Translations under genes and position numbers: made by a program
Notes under the pieces: generated by a model
What the model saw: the letters and a program-made list of their open reading frames with translations, nothing else
Database searches by the model: none
What the model was told of the DNA's origin: nothing
Assembly: GCA_017859335.1 (NCBI GenBank)
Contig: JAFMNH010000003.1
Coordinates: 1 to 50,737 of the forward strand
Length of the DNA stretch: 50,737 nucleotides
Direction: 5' to 3'
Source: Rhodothermales bacterium
GTDB taxonomy: Bacteria; Bacteroidota; Rhodothermia; Rhodothermales; UBA10348
In this document: positions 9,748-18,914 of the stretch, piece after piece
Layout: every line of letters starts with the position of its first letter
How positions within the stretch are numbered: the first letter of the stretch is position 1

Positions 9748-11714
9748 GAAGATGACCGATTGAAAACCAAACAAACGGTAGTACCCTCGCCAAGAACTGA
9801 TTCGATGCGAAGGCTGGCGTTCATCCTTTTCATCATCATGGCTGCAATCGTCAGCCCGATGCCAGTCCCGGGATGATTGACCACGTTGGAACCTCGACGG
9901 AAGGGCCCCGGGATGCTATTCAACTCGTCTCCCGGTATGCCCAGCCCCCTGTCAGTTACACAGATCCGTATTTGACTCGATCCGAATTCCTCCATGGACA
10001 CATGAACATCTTCACTAGAAAACTTTAGCGCATTCGATAAAACATTTCGAAGGACTACCTCCACCATGGAGCGATCCACGTCGACCAAACAAGAATTATA
10101 ATCCTCTACTGAATTTTTTGTTCGAATACGATGAAGTGAGGATATGCTCGGTACCGAAAGTAAATCAGCCACAATTTCGACCAGGTTTTCCGGTAACAAA
10201 GGAATTTCGTTGTTCTGGTCAGCAATTCGTCCAACTAGTAGGACACTATCCATGTGGGAGGTCATTTGCTCAATCATGCGATAGATGACCTCAAAATGAT
10301 CTCCCTGCTGAACTGAACCTGCTCTCATTTCAATCATCTCTACAGCTGTTTGGAGACTACTTAGGGGGGTGCGCAGTTCATGGGAAATCATCTCCGTAAT
10401 ATTGGATTGCAATCGAAGATACTCTTGAGCTCGCTGAGATTGTACCCTCCTCTCTCTCATGGCGTTCACTTCTCCCGAAACCTCCCGAATCAAATAAACA
10501 ATCCCACTGCCTCGCAGAGGTACGTGGTGGTTGATATACAGATCGAAGTAGCGGGGGGAATCGAGCGTGCTAGATAATTTGAGAATAAGCGATGGCGCTC
10601 CTGACATCGATCGAAAGTTTAGAAGACTCTCAAGATCTTCGTAATCTTCGCCTGACACAATGCTAAGAGATAAGATGTTGGGTTGCTGATCCAAGTCAAT
10701 TCCTACCAATAACGATGGTAGACAACCAAACATACGCCCCACCTCATCAGAGACCATTCGAATTACGGAACCTTCAAGTACCAAAGCCGAGAATCCGAGA
10801 GTGTTCAATACCCGCCAATAATTGTACTCTTCTTCCGCAAGCGTTGATAGGGACACTGCCTCGTCGACTTCAAATAAAGAGTCTATTCCTAACACTGAAG
10901 TGACTTCGCTAATTAAGGCTGTACACAGGTCAACATCGCTACTTTCGAAATCATTTTCCTTATTAGTCAGAAAAGCAATGCCGTATAGTCTTCCTTTATT
11001 ACAAATCGGCAATGCCATTAAATTGACAATTGATGGATATCCTTCTGGTAGACCTTGAGTAAAGATATTCTTCGCATGGTCATTGCATACGAAAGGTTCA
11101 CAGCGAAGCAGAGTCGGACTGAACAACAAATCATGAGCTCCATTTCGAGATCCATCAGAATCACTTAACGAGAAGGAAAAAGTATATTCTTTGGCCACGA
11201 CCGATTCGTGGATGGCTGTCATCGAAAATTTGACAACATCATCGACACGATTAACTACCTCACATATAAAACCGTGTTTGGCCACTACCAAATCCTGAAT
11301 TTCACGAAGCAGATGGGCATGAGACTGTTTTCGGCTATGCGATTGCCTCAACGCTTTGATCGCCCTAAGACTGAAGATGCTCAGATCCGTTCGCGAGCTT
11401 AAACATTCCACTGCCATCTCAAAAGTCATGGACAAATCTATCATTTGCAAAATGACATGATCTGACGAAATGGGAACACAAGTTATTCCAACAATAAATG
11501 AGTTTTTTTCTCCCCGAATCGCTAGCGGGCTAATAGTTATAGGCTCGTTATTTATCAGCCTCTTGAAATAATCATCAATCTGTTCATGTGCTGTATTTGC
11601 AGCATATTGCCGCAAATCTTCCAACACTTCATTGATGGTGCCACTTGTTATTGCCGACGACAATATCTCAGGTTTAGATGACCATTTAGCATGGTTCGCT
11701 TTCCAGTCAATCAC
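9744..11714 (-). CDS. Soluble sensor histidine kinase (GAF + PAS-like + HisKA + HATPase)
   Basis: H-box SHELRTPL, N-box NVLSNALKFS, DRGLGIP, F-box PFRRG, GTGIGL; GAF-like GLPEGYPSIVNLMALPI...YGIAFLTNK; no TM segment seen; GTG start uncertain. Confidence 0.88.
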   Translation of the reverse strand: MIDWKANHAKWSSKPEILSSAITSGTINEVLEDLRQYAANTAHEQIDDYFKRLINNEPITISPLAIRGEKNSFIVGITCVPISSDHVILQMIDLSMTFEMAVECLSSRTDLSIFSLRAIKALRQSHSRKQSHAHLLREIQDLVVAKHGFICEVVNRVDDVVKFSMTAIHESVVAKEYTFSFSLSDSDGSRNGAHDLLFSPTLLRCEPFVCNDHAKNIFTQGLPEGYPSIVNLMALPICNKGRLYGIAFLTNKENDFESSDVDLCTALISEVTSVLGIDSLFEVDEAVSLSTLAEEEYNYWRVLNTLGFSALVLEGSVIRMVSDEVGRMFGCLPSLLVGIDLDQQPNILSLSIVSGEDYEDLESLLNFRSMSGAPSLILKLSSTLDSPRYFDLYINHHVPLRGSGIVYLIREVSGEVNAMRERRVQSQRAQEYLRLQSNITEMISHELRTPLSSLQTAVEMIEMRAGSVQQGDHFEVIYRMIEQMTSHMDSVLLVGRIADQNNEIPLLPENLVEIVADLLSVPSISSLHRIRTKNSVEDYNSCLVDVDRSMVEVVLRNVLSNALKFSSEDVHVSMEEFGSSQIRICVTDRGLGIPGDELNSIPGPFRRGSNVVNHPGTGIGLTIAAMMMKRMNASLRIESVLGEGTTVCLVFNRSSS

Positions 11715-11854
11715 TAACTGTGTTAACTTGTGCTACCATTAAGTCAGCCGTACGTTAGAACTTTCGAGTATGAACTCAGCTTGCGAAAGTATTTTCTAAA
11801 TCCCCAAATGGCGCGGAGATACGACGTGCAATGTGGCGTCACTATTCCCTAATC

Positions 11855-12997
11855 TCACCCTTTTTCTGACGGAATCGGTAGTTTGAGCCGTACAGTCAAA
11901 CCCGTCGGAGTAGATGGCAAAAACAGGACTTCGGACCCAATCATAGCCACTAGTCGCTTTGTTATAGCTAGTCCCAGCCCTGCACCCTGCTGCTCTCGTT
12001 TGGTGCGGAAAAACTGCCTGAAGGAACCGATTTTAGAGATTTGATCTCTCGTCATCCCCGGGCCCTCGTCAGAAACGTCCAAAATGTAGAAATCTTTCTC
12101 CCGCTCACCGCAAATTCGAATCGTTGACTCAGACGGCGAAAATTTCAAGGCATTGTTTACAACCTCGATTATAATCCGTTCGAGTATCTGCGGAGGCACC
12201 CGGCACTCTCCACTTTTTAGATCTCTCTCAATTCTCTGGTTTGGGTTGGATTCCTCGATAATCACGTCAAGGGTTCGATGCAGTAAGGCAGCAAGTTCAT
12301 AAACGGGATCTTCCCCAACGCGTAGTTCATGTCGTTCTACACTCCCAACTTTTGTACTAACAGCTACACCAAAGCGGTCTACAAGCTTTCGCATACGTAA
12401 TACTGACTGGTTGATGGCTTCAAGCATCTCAATACGGGTTGCAGTATCGCTTGCTCCATCCTCCTCCAACTCCTTCAAATATTCGGACATTCCGTAAATA
12501 ACAGACAGAGGCGTTACCAGCTCGTGCGGGAAAATCAACTGAAGCGACTCCACCAATTCTTCCATCAGTTGATCGGTCTGGTGACTACGGCGGTTACTTT
12601 TGGCTATTCTTAATTGAAGGACTTGAGCCAAATGAGTCAACCTGAAGGGCTTTGTTACGTAATCGTCAGCTGCAGCGTCCATACCTTCACGGATATGAGA
12701 GATGCCGGACAGAGCTGAGAGGAAAACAAAGGGTATTGACGATAACCGTTCATCTTTCTCGATCAAACGCTTGAAATCAGTTCCCCACATCCCTGGCAAT
12801 CGTATATCACACAGGATCACATCAGGTGTGGATTGGTTCAGAAATCCCTGCGCCTCCTCTGCATTTGCGACCGAGTAGACAGAAAAACCAAACTCAGGCA
12901 GAGCCTCTTTCAGCTGTTCCCGAATGAGGTAATCATCCTCTACCACCAGAATCAGGTCTTTATTCGTGGAGGAGTTACCTGCTGAAGGATGACCCAT
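11855..12997 (-). CDS. Hybrid REC-histidine kinase (N-terminal receiver, HisKA, HATPase)
   Basis: ILVVEDD, ILCDIRLPGMWG, DDYVTKPF; H-box PHELVTPL; NNALKFS, DEGPGM, GAGLGL. Confidence 0.9.
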   Translation of the reverse strand: MGHPSAGNSSTNKDLILVVEDDYLIREQLKEALPEFGFSVYSVANAEEAQGFLNQSTPDVILCDIRLPGMWGTDFKRLIEKDERLSSIPFVFLSALSGISHIREGMDAAADDYVTKPFRLTHLAQVLQLRIAKSNRRSHQTDQLMEELVESLQLIFPHELVTPLSVIYGMSEYLKELEEDGASDTATRIEMLEAINQSVLRMRKLVDRFGVAVSTKVGSVERHELRVGEDPVYELAALLHRTLDVIIEESNPNQRIERDLKSGECRVPPQILERIIIEVVNNALKFSPSESTIRICGEREKDFYILDVSDEGPGMTRDQISKIGSFRQFFRTKREQQGAGLGLAITKRLVAMIGSEVLFLPSTPTGLTVRLKLPIPSEKG

Positions 12998-13408
12998 GTT
13001 ACTGGTTGGTCTGGTTTCTTAAAACTTTGAAAGACATGATGCAGCCACCAAATCGATCATCTTTCCACCTGGTCTCCAGCTGACCTGATTGAACAACAGA
13101 CATGCCTTGGTAAGAGGGTTTTCATTCCAAGGAGCTTGTATCAACATTCTCGACCGGTGAAAGCTTTGTCCCTTACATCATTGCTGATGAAAGAAAGTAA
13201 GAGAACGATTGATTCAGACCGAGGCAATGCTAATCTGATGTTTCTTTCAAATCAACAATGATCGGGCGGTTTATTCTTGTATATGCGGAAGGCTTTAAGT
13301 TTTAGGATAGTGATGTGTCCTATTGAGTTTTGCACATAAAGAGCGATACTCAAGTGAGCGATCTTATGTAGATCCACCCTGTTTTTGCACTGATCCGCCG
13401 CGTCTTCA

Positions 13409-14677
13409 ATGACCCGACAAACGCATCCCATGCTCATCATTATCTCGATCTTCCTGCTTCTTCTCGCTGCACCCTACAACACCCCCGGTAGCGAGTTTGC
13501 TGGAGCAACACCTCTCCTTCAGCGAGTCTCCTTTGCCGAGCGCTCTGACGGGATGGGTACGGTCATGCGCCTGCACCTTGATGAGCCGATTGCTGCTTTC
13601 AGCTCGCCCTATCATCGCGAGGATGGCTCGATTGAAATCGTCTTGTTTCGAAGCGGGCTGCATCCCGATCAGCGCCGCGCATCTTCCAGCCATCCGATAC
13701 ACGATTACCGGGTTGAGCAGGTCGGCGAGGATGTTGTGATCCGCCTGCGGCCTGGGGGCGGCCCCATGACGGCGACAGCCTATCGAGATCGGGCCTCAGA
13801 CGATATCCTGCTCGGTCTTATGGACTCACCGCCAGTCGCGTTGGCACTGACCTCAGCCGGTCAATCTGCGCCGGGAGATGGCTCCATTGCGGGACATCTT
13901 TCAGGCGCAATCACCCGGGTGGCGGATCGTCCACGCCCCACTGCAGACGCCGACCCCAAGCGATGGATACTCGATACGATTGTCATCGATGCCGGTCATG
14001 GGGGCAAGGATCATGGCGCATTGGCAGCTGATGGGACGCGGGAAAAAGACATTGTCCTGGAGGTGGCAACGAAACTTGGAACGTATATGGAGGAGAATCT
14101 GCACGTCAATGTCGTGTACACCCGACAGGATGATCGATTCCTGACCCTTGAAGGGCGGGGACACCTGGCGAACCAGTCTGGCGGCAAACTCTTCGTCTCC
14201 ATCCATGCCAACTCTGCTGCAGACCGAAGGGCCAAGGGAACGGAGACCTTCTTCCTCGGCCTGCACAAGACGGATGCAGCCCGCCGCGTCATGGAACGCG
14301 AAAACGACGTGGTTCGCCTCGAGGAAGATGCCTCGGCCTATCAGCAGTATGATGCGATGAATTCAGTCATGCAAACGCTGACGCAGAGTGCCTACATGCG
14401 CCAGAGTCAGGCGTTGGCTGAGTCTATTGAGGACCAGTTCGAGAATCGGGCGGGGCGAAAGAGCAGGGGTGTCAAGCAGGCTGGATTCTATGTGCTCTAT
14501 GGGGCTTCGATGCCAGCCGTGCTTGTGGAGCTCGGGTTCCTTTCCAATCCGGGCGAGGCGGCATTCATGAGCAGCAACGAGGGACAGGCCTACCTGGCCA
14601 GTGCCATTTTTCGCGCCATCCGGCAGTACAAGAGTGACTACGACGAGGGCTTGCACCTCAGCGCAAGCAATCAATAG
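13409..14677 (+). CDS. N-acetylmuramoyl-L-alanine amidase (Amidase_3) with N-terminal AMIN-like domain
   Basis: IVIDAGHGGKD, EK, FVSIHANS, MPAVLVELGFLSN; N-terminal signal-like segment. Confidence 0.92.
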   Translation: MTRQTHPMLIIISIFLLLLAAPYNTPGSEFAGATPLLQRVSFAERSDGMGTVMRLHLDEPIAAFSSPYHREDGSIEIVLFRSGLHPDQRRASSSHPIHDYRVEQVGEDVVIRLRPGGGPMTATAYRDRASDDILLGLMDSPPVALALTSAGQSAPGDGSIAGHLSGAITRVADRPRPTADADPKRWILDTIVIDAGHGGKDHGALAADGTREKDIVLEVATKLGTYMEENLHVNVVYTRQDDRFLTLEGRGHLANQSGGKLFVSIHANSAADRRAKGTETFFLGLHKTDAARRVMERENDVVRLEEDASAYQQYDAMNSVMQTLTQSAYMRQSQALAESIEDQFENRAGRKSRGVKQAGFYVLYGASMPAVLVELGFLSNPGEAAFMSSNEGQAYLASAIFRAIRQYKSDYDEGLHLSASNQ

Positions 14678-14782
14678 GGAGCGGCGCCTCTCCCCGGACA
14701 GACCAACCTTCCTTCAGGGCCATATTCCGTATGCCCGCCACGCGCAGGGCTTGGTTTGTGGCTCCTTGTGCTGAGTGCAGCC

Positions 14783-15184
14783 TTACTTGACCGCTACAGC
14801 CGAAATCTCCACGCGTGCACTGCGTGGCAGCGCACACACCTGTACCGCTTCACGGGCGGGTGCGTTGGCGCCGAAGAAACGGCCGTACACCTCGTTTATT
14901 TGCGCATAGTCGTTGATATCGGTCATATAGACACGACACGATACCACATTGCCGAGGGTCATACCGGCTGCCGTCAACACCCCTTCCAGGTTTTCCAGCA
15001 CACGCTCTGTCTCAGCTTCAATCGAGTCCGAGACCATGTGACCTGTCTTGGGGTCGATGGGTATCTGACCCGAGCAATACAGCGTGTTACCAACAAGCAC
15101 CGCCTGGCTGTACGGACCGATGGCAGCAGGAGCGAGCTGTGTTTTCACAAGCTGGCGATCAACGTGCAATTCCCGCTTCCGCAT
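14783..15184 (-). CDS. ridA: RidA/YjgF/UK114 reactive enamine deaminase family
   Basis: APAAIGPYSQAV, SGQIPIDP, PAR, LP..ARVEI; start reset to ATG 15184 with CAGGAG upstream. Confidence 0.88.
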   Translation of the reverse strand: MRKRELHVDRQLVKTQLAPAAIGPYSQAVLVGNTLYCSGQIPIDPKTGHMVSDSIEAETERVLENLEGVLTAAGMTLGNVVSCRVYMTDINDYAQINEVYGRFFGANAPAREAVQVCALPRSARVEISAVAVK

Positions 15185-15306
15185 GGTGCGCTCCTGTTGG
15201 TGTCTGGGATATGGGTACAGGGTACCCGGAAGTTTTAATTTGCGAGGAACGGATGCTCGAGACAAACGAATAAACGACCAAGAACAGCCAAAAAGAGGGG
15301 TTTACT

Positions 15307-16119
15307 GTGGATTTACGATTGAGTGAAGCGGCAGCTTTCGTAGCCGGCGCCAGCAGTGGATTGGGGCGTGCCATCGCCCGTCAATTGTTGCGTGAAGGAT
15401 GCCGCGTTGCCATCTGTTCCCGGAATACCGAACGGGTTTCTGCGGCGCGCCAGTGGCTGATAAGCGAAACGGGATGTGACCCCGATGCCATCATGGCACT
15501 GACGGCAGACGTAACGATCGAGGAGGATGTTCGAGCGGCCGTGCAGGCTGCGTCAGATCAGTTCGGTGGACTGAACCTGTTGGTAACGAATGCCGGTGGA
15601 CCCCCTACCGGCCAGATTGATGACCTGTCCATGGATGACTGGCGAGAAGCGATTGAATTGAACCTGGTAAGCACCATCACCATGTCCCGGACTGCCCTCC
15701 CACACCTGCGCAAGGCAGCGGCATCGGGAAGTCATGCTTCCATCTTGATGATCACCTCCCTCTCGGCAAAACAACCTGTTCCTTCTCTGTATCTATCCAA
15801 CGTGGCCCGGGCCGGCGTTCAGGGATTTTCGAAAAGCCTCTCAGAGGAGGTCGGCGCTGATGGTATCACTGTGAATACCATTCTCCCCGGGTATACCAAA
15901 ACCGATCGACTGCGCCACCTGAGTGAGTCATTGAACGAGCGGACGGGGAAGTCCATTGCCGATATCGAGGCAGGGTGGGCCGCAAGCAGCGCATTGAAGC
16001 GCATCGGGACAGAAGATGAGTTTGCAGCGGCAGCCACCTTCCTGCTGAGTCCGCGGGCGGGCTTCATCACGGGTGTGGCTCTGGTTGTGGATGGTGGTGC
16101 CGTAAAGTCCCTGCTCTGA
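15307..16119 (+). CDS. Short-chain dehydrogenase/reductase (SDR)
   Basis: AGASSGLG Rossmann motif, VTNAGGP, atypical SNVAR active-site segment, ILPGYTKT, VDGG. Confidence 0.9.
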   Translation: MDLRLSEAAAFVAGASSGLGRAIARQLLREGCRVAICSRNTERVSAARQWLISETGCDPDAIMALTADVTIEEDVRAAVQAASDQFGGLNLLVTNAGGPPTGQIDDLSMDDWREAIELNLVSTITMSRTALPHLRKAAASGSHASILMITSLSAKQPVPSLYLSNVARAGVQGFSKSLSEEVGADGITVNTILPGYTKTDRLRHLSESLNERTGKSIADIEAGWAASSALKRIGTEDEFAAAATFLLSPRAGFITGVALVVDGGAVKSLL

Positions 16120-16120
16120 G

Positions 16121-16453
16121 ATGCACTTCCACCCAATTCTGAGCAGGCTTCTATCGGTTACATCAGTAGTCGTGCTGGTCGGCTGCTCGGAGGCTACCAA
16201 TCAGACGGATGCCCCCGATCCGGCTATCTCCTACTACGAGGCAGAGGGGCGTATCGTCCGTATCCTTGACAATTCCCGCCTTCTGCAGATCAATCATGGT
16301 GTCATCGAGGGCTTCATGCCCGCCATGACCATGCCTTTTGAGTACCGGGACGAAGCCGTCCGAAAAGGCGTCTCCGTGGGTGACTCCGTGCATTTCACCG
16401 TGGCTACCGATGGTACGTTCAACTGGGTAACGGCACTCCGCATAGTCCAGTGA
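16121..16453 (+). CDS. CusF-like copper-binding lipoprotein
   Basis: Lipobox LVGC; INHGVIEGFMPAMTMPF metal motif; GDSVHFTV OB-fold end. Confidence 0.8.
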   Translation: MHFHPILSRLLSVTSVVVLVGCSEATNQTDAPDPAISYYEAEGRIVRILDNSRLLQINHGVIEGFMPAMTMPFEYRDEAVRKGVSVGDSVHFTVATDGTFNWVTALRIVQ

Positions 16454-16474
16454 CATCACCCAACCCCTGATACC

Positions 16475-17731
16475 ATGGCGGATCGACGACATTTCCTGAA
16501 GGCGGCCGTCATGGCCATGCCGGGCCTGGCTGTTTCCGGTCGTACCGATCCAGCATCCCACGTGCATTCACCCTGGCCGGTGCGGCTGGATGACTGGGAG
16601 GAGATCCGAGGGCAGTACGACCTCTGGGACGCTCGCACCTATCTGAACACCGGTGGACTGGGCCCTTCGCCACGCCCGGTACTGGATCGATTCCGAGAGG
16701 TCATGGACGACCTGCAGTTGCGGTCAGAAACCGGGCACAACCTGATCGAAGCAGCCCGCGAACCCGTTGCGCGTTTTTTTGGAGCGAGCGAAGAGGAAAT
16801 CGCTTTCACCCGAAATGCTACCGAAGGCAACGCCATCGTCGCATCGGGACTGGCGTTGAAAGCGGGCGATGAGATCATCATCGACGCGCACGCCCATCCG
16901 GGCGGCGCTATTCCGTGGCTCAATCGGTGGAAACAGGACGGCATCGTTGTTCGGACGTTTGATCCTTCGGGCACCGATGCGGCCGGCATTGTGAGCCGCA
17001 TGGAGGATCTTATCACATCCCGAACCCGGGCCATCCAGGTCAGCCATGTCACGGCCCCGACAGGCATCCTGTTACCGGTCGAAGAGATTGCCGATTTGGC
17101 CCGGAGGCATGGTTGCTGGTTCCACATTGATGGGGCCCAGTCTGCCGGTATGATGCCCATCGACCTGCACGCCATTGGTTGTGATTCGTGGGCTACCAGT
17201 GGACACAAGTGGCTGGGAGCGCCGCACGGTACGGGCATCCTGTTCATTCGTAGAGACGGTCTGGACCGCATCCGCCCCACTGAGGTCGGCGCCTATTCCG
17301 ACGCAGGGTATGCGCTGCCCGACCAACTGGACTACATCCAGACGGCGCGTCGTCACGAAAGTGGAACCCGCAACGCCCCGTTGGTCGAAGGCCTGCGATC
17401 AGCTTGTGCCTTCATGGATACCATCGGCATGCACCAAGTCCGGAATCGGGGTCTCGCGTTGACCGCTCGATTGCGCAAGGGGCTTTCTGCCCTGGATGAC
17501 ATGGACATCCTTACGCCTCAGGCAAGGGAGATGCATGGGTCCATCCTGACCTTCCGCTCCCCGGCCGTACCCTTCCGTGACCTGTATCGCCACCTGACGC
17601 AAGAACACAGACTGCGTATCCGCATCGTGACGGAGGTCGACCTGAACGCGGTCCGGATCTCACTCCACGTATTCAACAGTGAAGCCGATGTGGACCGGGT
17701 TGTGGAGGGCGTGCGCGCGGCGATCGGCTGA
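16475..17731 (+). CDS. Tat-exported class V PLP-dependent enzyme (isopenicillin-N epimerase/PvdN-like)
   Basis: DRRHFLK twin-arginine signal; YLNTGGLGP, RNATEG, DGAQSAG, SGHKWLGAPHGTG (PLP Lys). Confidence 0.85.
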   Translation: MADRRHFLKAAVMAMPGLAVSGRTDPASHVHSPWPVRLDDWEEIRGQYDLWDARTYLNTGGLGPSPRPVLDRFREVMDDLQLRSETGHNLIEAAREPVARFFGASEEEIAFTRNATEGNAIVASGLALKAGDEIIIDAHAHPGGAIPWLNRWKQDGIVVRTFDPSGTDAAGIVSRMEDLITSRTRAIQVSHVTAPTGILLPVEEIADLARRHGCWFHIDGAQSAGMMPIDLHAIGCDSWATSGHKWLGAPHGTGILFIRRDGLDRIRPTEVGAYSDAGYALPDQLDYIQTARRHESGTRNAPLVEGLRSACAFMDTIGMHQVRNRGLALTARLRKGLSALDDMDILTPQAREMHGSILTFRSPAVPFRDLYRHLTQEHRLRIRIVTEVDLNAVRISLHVFNSEADVDRVVEGVRAAIG

Positions 17732-17796
17732 ATGCACTCTTCGGGCAATGCGGCGGCGATCGGCTCAATGCGCTCGCCGGGCAAGAAAGGGGCGCG

Positions 17797-18612
17797 TCAG
17801 AGCTGCGCTTCGAACGTCAACCCATCATAGGCTGGCGCCATGCCCTCCCCCAGACGCTCTTCAAAGTCCTGATGCAGGATTTCGTGGGACATGTGCGTGA
17901 AGTACGTCTGCCGGGCACCAATCTTTTCCGCGGTCTCCACGGCTTTCTCTATCGTCATGTGCATCGGATGGGGGCGGTCCCGCAAGGCATCCAGGACCAG
18001 AACATCCAGACCCTCCAGCAATGAGTAGCTGGCATTCGGGATCTGACTGACATCGGTCAGATAGGCAAATCGGCCAATACGGTACCCCAATATGTCGAGC
18101 GATCCGTGGACCGCTGGTATGGGTATGATCCTGACCGACTGTTCGGGACTTTCACGGGAGATGACATCGAACGGGCCACGCACATCGTGCATCTCCAGTC
18201 GGGGAACACCCGGGTACGTTCCGTCCCTGAAAATGTAGGAAAACATATCGCGCAGCGCATGAGCCGATGCCGGCTCGGCGTGGACCGGGATCGGTGTCCT
18301 GTTGGAGAAGAGATACGGTCTCAGATCGTCCATGCCCACTACATGGTCGAAATGATGATGGGTAACCAGCAGTGCGTCAATGGTCTCGATTCCTGCCCGG
18401 AAGGCTTGCTGCCTGAAGTCCGGACCGGAATCAATCAGCAGATGAACCCCCGCGGCACGCACAAAAACGGAACAGCGAAGTCGTTTGTCCCGTGGGTCCT
18501 CCGAGGTACACACAGGACAGGGGCAGGTCAGCACGGGTACCCCGGTGGAGGTACCGCTTCCCAGGATCTCCACCTGAACGCGCTGCGCATCCTCCCGTAT
18601 CTCAGTCTTCAT
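17797..18612 (-). CDS. MBL-fold metallo-hydrolase, PhnP-like phosphodiesterase family
   Basis: LGSGTSTGVP, CPCPVC, THHHFDHVVG (HxHxDH), YLTD, FTHMSH, AYDG. Confidence 0.9.
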   Translation of the reverse strand: MKTEIREDAQRVQVEILGSGTSTGVPVLTCPCPVCTSEDPRDKRLRCSVFVRAAGVHLLIDSGPDFRQQAFRAGIETIDALLVTHHHFDHVVGMDDLRPYLFSNRTPIPVHAEPASAHALRDMFSYIFRDGTYPGVPRLEMHDVRGPFDVISRESPEQSVRIIPIPAVHGSLDILGYRIGRFAYLTDVSQIPNASYSLLEGLDVLVLDALRDRPHPMHMTIEKAVETAEKIGARQTYFTHMSHEILHQDFEERLGEGMAPAYDGLTFEAQL

Positions 18613-18892
18613 CCTCTGTCTGTATCTCCACTACGTCCTGTCGAGCCCACGCATCCTCGAGAGCCTGCCGAACAAGGGGTTTCAAGTAGACCGTGTCCAC
18701 GTCCATGGAACGCATGGCCTCGGCCAGAATGGCCAGGTGGACCTCGGGAGGATGGACCCGATTGAGCATCAGGAATTCCTCCTCGTTCCGGATACAGATC
18801 CCTCCGCGGAAATTCCCTTTCTCCCGGCGTACACGGATCCCGAGCTGCTCGACGGCTTCCTCAAGCTCTTTGACGATCTGGGGTGTTTTCAT
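18602..18892 (-). CDS. Small hypothetical protein (96 aa)
   Basis: Overlaps the start of the MBL gene; LGIRVRREKGNFRGGIC...YLKP; acidic tail. Confidence 0.8.
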   Translation of the reverse strand: MKTPQIVKELEEAVEQLGIRVRREKGNFRGGICIRNEEEFLMLNRVHPPEVHLAILAEAMRSMDVDTVYLKPLVRQALEDAWARQDVVEIQTEDED

Positions 18893-18914
18893 GATGGAAA
18901 ATAGGGTGCCGCTC

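Larger units (their letters stand above)
9040..13400. other. AT-richer segment, probable horizontally acquired signalling islet
   Basis: Visibly lower GC, frequent A/T-ending codons and few antisense shadow ORFs compared with the flanks; no mobility gene; boundaries approximate. Confidence 0.7.

Noticed and set aside
9040-13400. Islet as a prophage, IS or integrative element
   Set aside because: No integrase, transposase, tRNA target or matching terminal repeats found
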